A stretch of 64,000 nt of DNA, from assembly GCF_964355755.1 (NCBI RefSeq), contig NC_092678.1:20601365-20665364 (forward strand), written 5' to 3'. Both the position numbers and the translations under genes were made by a program. Position 1 is the first letter of the stretch; each line of letters begins with the position of its first letter. Positions 61,801 to 64,000 of this stretch are shown piece by piece. Source of the DNA: Antedon mediterranea (taxonomy: Eukaryota > Animalia > Echinodermata). The notes beneath the pieces are model-generated. The model made no database searches. It was given only the letters and a program-made list of their open reading frames with translations, and was not told the origin of the DNA.

Positions 61801-64000
61801 TTTTTTTTGTAATTAAAATCCATAACATGGTCCCAACATCTGCACATGTGTACAAAGCAAGTTGTGTTTAACAGCTCCTGTGACCTACACCATTTTCTTA
61901 CAACATTACATTGCATGTTGATTAGTAATTTATGTTTCTAATTAGGGACCATGTTGAAATTGTTCTGTTGCAGGATTTTGACCTAACCAATCAAATTTAC
62001 TCCTCCCAAATCAGTGACACTTCAGTTTCAAATGAAAGCTTAGGTTAAGCAAATCTGAACACATTGCTGTTACGATGTAATTATAATATGACATTGCTGG
62101 CGATACGAAAGCATAACTCAATGGATCTGAACATACCCATAGATTACACATGTAATTGAGTTTAAAGTTCGAACATACACTATGATTTTTTTCTAGAGGA
62201 AAAATATCATTGTTTAAAATATTTTTCGTTTTTGCAGTGAAAATAATGAAGAGTACGAAGAGGTATCAAGAAATGAATACACAGCTGAATTGCAACAGTT
62301 TGTTGTCACCCATAAGCCGGATATTGGCGCAACCATCCCGAACAACAGGCTACGAGCAAACATCACTGCCGTCGCTACGGTAAACAACGGCAGGAAGGGG
62401 CTTGTTGCCAAGGAACGGATAACGGACAGGCAGACAATACTAGAGTATCATGGCAAAGTCATGTTTAAGAAGCAACTCCTGGCGCAGAATACGTTCTTTA
62501 GAGGGTGAGTTTTCTCATTTGTAATGAGGAGCGAGTACTTTAAGCCTTGTCTACACTATCAAACTGTATGCGATAAAAAATTGTGATGTGCCCATATATG
62601 GACATGATGGTGTCATATCACTACCATATTTAAGCGTATCACTACCAGATTATAGTACACACATACATATATACGACACATATTGGACACATCACACTTT
62701 TTTTTCGTCAAACTAGTTTGATGTGTAGACAGAGCTTAAGTCTATTCTCACTCTTGGTTTGTTTTCATTGGTAAAATAATAATTATTATTTATGAGTAAA
62801 GTGTATAAGTGGTACCATAAACAAAAATGTGATATCTACTTTTTGTTAGCCTAGCCTTAAGCCCTGTCTACACTATCAAACTTTATGCGACAAAAAACGT
62901 GTGATGTGCCCATAAATATGATGATGTCATATCACTACCCCATATTTGGGCACATCACGTTTGTTTTGTGTCAAACTAGTTTGATATTGTAGACAGAGCT
63001 TTATGTTTAGACTCCTATGCATTTGTCCGCAACAAACGTTCTTTTAAATCCACTTCAGTACTTCAATTAGGATGTCATTTTTCTTTAATTCTTAGGGCAT
63101 TCTATAGGTATATACTCAACTACTCGCACTTTGCTAATGTTGATATTTGTATCGATTCGAGAGTTAGCGGAAACAAAGCAAGATACGTGAGGAGGTCGTG
63201 TTCCCCCAACTCACAGGTAAAATTGATTCAACATTATTTTTTGTTCCTGGTAAAGTAGTTATGTAATTAGTACAAAGGCAATCTAACAACAGGACATTGA
63301 GCTCGCTTTGTTACGATGGGAACTCGTAACAGTCCTTTGATCTTATGTCTGGCTGCGACAAATACCAACAGTTACTGTACAATTTACTGTACAATGTACA
63401 TTTTTTCCATGGCCCGCGGTGTCTGTTAAGGGTGTGGAATTAATCGTGTCACAGCCACAGATAAACCCTTTGATCTCCGGAGCTCAGCATCCTGCTGTTA
63501 GGATTGCCTTGGTCCTACATAGTTGTGCTAGTAAATTACCTAGTGTAAAGCTCTGTCTACACTATCAAACTAGTTTAATGTGCCCAAATTTATGGTAGTA
63601 ATATACCTAAATACGGTAGTGATATGACATAATGTCTATATATCGGCACATACTGATGTCATGTCACTACCATATTTGGACACATCACACTTTTATTGTA
63701 AAACTAGTTTTAAAGAGCTTTAAAGCTTTGGAAAACTTTATGTTTATATCCACACAACAATTTTTGTTGTGATTACCAAAAACTTTTTTTCTTTTAATTA
63801 ATGTTTATTGTTCAATTAGTCACTGTTTTTTTAATTATAAAGTTTGGCCTTTTGATCTATAGCATATCTATATATTTTACGAATGACGTAATAAATGAAT
63901 ATTCAATTGTAATTATTAATTCTTTTTACTTGTCGTAGGTTCTTCATACGACAGAGGGTGAACTGATCAGACTGTTTCTAGTCTCCAGTCAAGAAATATC
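49891..64000 (+). CDS. KMT2E: KMT2E/MLL5-SETD5-UpSET family PHD + pseudo-SET protein, 5' part (continues past the window)
   Basis: Exons: 49891-49964 ([24 protein letters not shown]), 55456-55570 (PEAVEDP...HYIGLPYQ), 57117-57289 ([18 protein letters not shown]...VTRCI), 58268-58455 (PHD: [26 protein letters not shown]...CERCQPR), 59259-59431, 61691-61779, 62238-62504 (RKGLVA...ILEYHGKV), 63096-63216 ([21 protein letters not shown]), 63939-end. All in phase. RRSC replaces the NHSC motif, as is typical of the Set3/MLL5 subfamily. Confidence 0.93.
50263..50748. mobile_element. Tc1/mariner-pogo-type MITE (TA TSD)
   Basis: TA|CCGTATATTTCGGTGTATAAGTCGCAC ... GTGCGACTTATACACCGAAATATACGG|TA; perfect 27-bp TIRs. 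Confidence 0.9.
51118..52913. mobile_element. ~1.8-kb non-autonomous hAT-like element (CAGGGCATCA TIR, apparent 6-bp TSD)
   Basis: AGCCGC|CAGGGCATCA ... TGATGCCCTG|AGCCGC, with subterminal AGGAGAGC..GCTC repeats at both ends. Confidence 0.75.
51465..51918. mobile_element. 454-bp MITE with ~43-bp TIRs and 7-bp TSD (P-element-like)
   Basis: ATTCCCC|CAAAGATTATATAGCGCCGCTACGCGGCGCAAGATAGGTAACTG ... CAGTTACCTATCTTGCGCCGCGTAGCGGCGCTATACAATCTTTG|ATTCCCC, plus a second internal inverted repeat AATCCATGGACGCCATTC. Confidence 0.85.
54645..55285 (+). mobile_element. RTE-like LINE 3' fragment
   Basis: [36 protein letters not shown]-terminal ORF motifs, 3' UTR and a (CCAGTA)n tail at ~55270-55284. Confidence 0.75.
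55590..56305. repeat. ~70-80-bp tandem repeat array in a KMT2E intron
   Basis: Unit GATCGTGTCAAAATTATTATTGTCAATTATTCTACTGGAGTTACTGCAGTAATTCAGTAACTTACAGTACTAATTATTAA recurs at 56091, 56171 and 56251, with variants upstream. Confidence 0.9.
55705..55744 (+). ncRNA. Minimal type-I hammerhead ribozyme (Penelope-associated type)
   Basis: CTC-CTGAGGA-C-GATCAA(AGCATA)TTGATC-GAAA-CG-TC-GAG: stem I CTC/GAG, core CUGANGA, 6-bp stem II, GAAA, palindromic ACGT stem III, GUC cleavage triplet. Confidence 0.7.
57715..58033. repeat. ~170-bp local direct duplication
   Basis: ATAAGTCCCATTTATTA...ATGATGTTAAATACAACCCTCAATTTCC...GCGCATAAAAATA occurs at ~57716 and ~57886. Confidence 0.85.
60820..61321. mobile_element. 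MITE with AGGGAGGTTTCGCAAC TIRs (PIF/Harbinger-ISL2EU-like)
   Basis: AAT|AGGGAGGTTTCGCAAC.TTACGAATACGA ... TCGTATTCGTAGCGTTGCGAAACCTCCCT|AAT. Confidence 0.8.
62860..63000. mobile_element. Full-length copy of the Harbinger-type MITE with TTA TSD
   Basis: TTA|AGCCCTGTCTACACTATCAAAC...GTTTGATATTGTAGACAGAGCT|TTA. Confidence 0.85.

Overview
AT-rich, intron-containing animal genomic DNA. It is not prokaryotic. A marine invertebrate, probably an invertebrate deuterostome, is inferred from the vertebrate-like KMT2E N-terminus and Deu/Nin-domain SINEs. I assembled four protein-coding genes by hand from GT-AG junctions with consistent phases. Genes A and B are minus-strand tandem paralogs of an uncharacterised secreted multidomain protein: signal peptide, acidic beta-rich region, non-canonical C-type lectin domain, Cys-rich module, Asp-box region and C-terminal DCC. 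Only gene B carries an extra four-exon YWTD beta-propeller module. The third gene is a two-exon caveolin. The fourth is the 5' part of a KMT2E/SETD5 (MLL5/UpSET) PHD-SET gene that runs off the window. Introns and spacers are full of mobile DNA: L1/Tx1, Rex1, RTE and CR1/L2 LINE fragments, SINEs, many MITEs and minisatellites. Most notable: a young L1/Tx1 insertion flanked by an apparently perfect ~359-bp target-site duplication; YWTD module gain or loss between the paralogs; a uORF whose stop overlaps the KMT2E start (TAATG); caveolin next to KMT2E/SETD5, matching vertebrate linkage; a three-level nested DNA transposon; and an intronic minimal hammerhead ribozyme. All coordinates were read by eye and no database searches were run.
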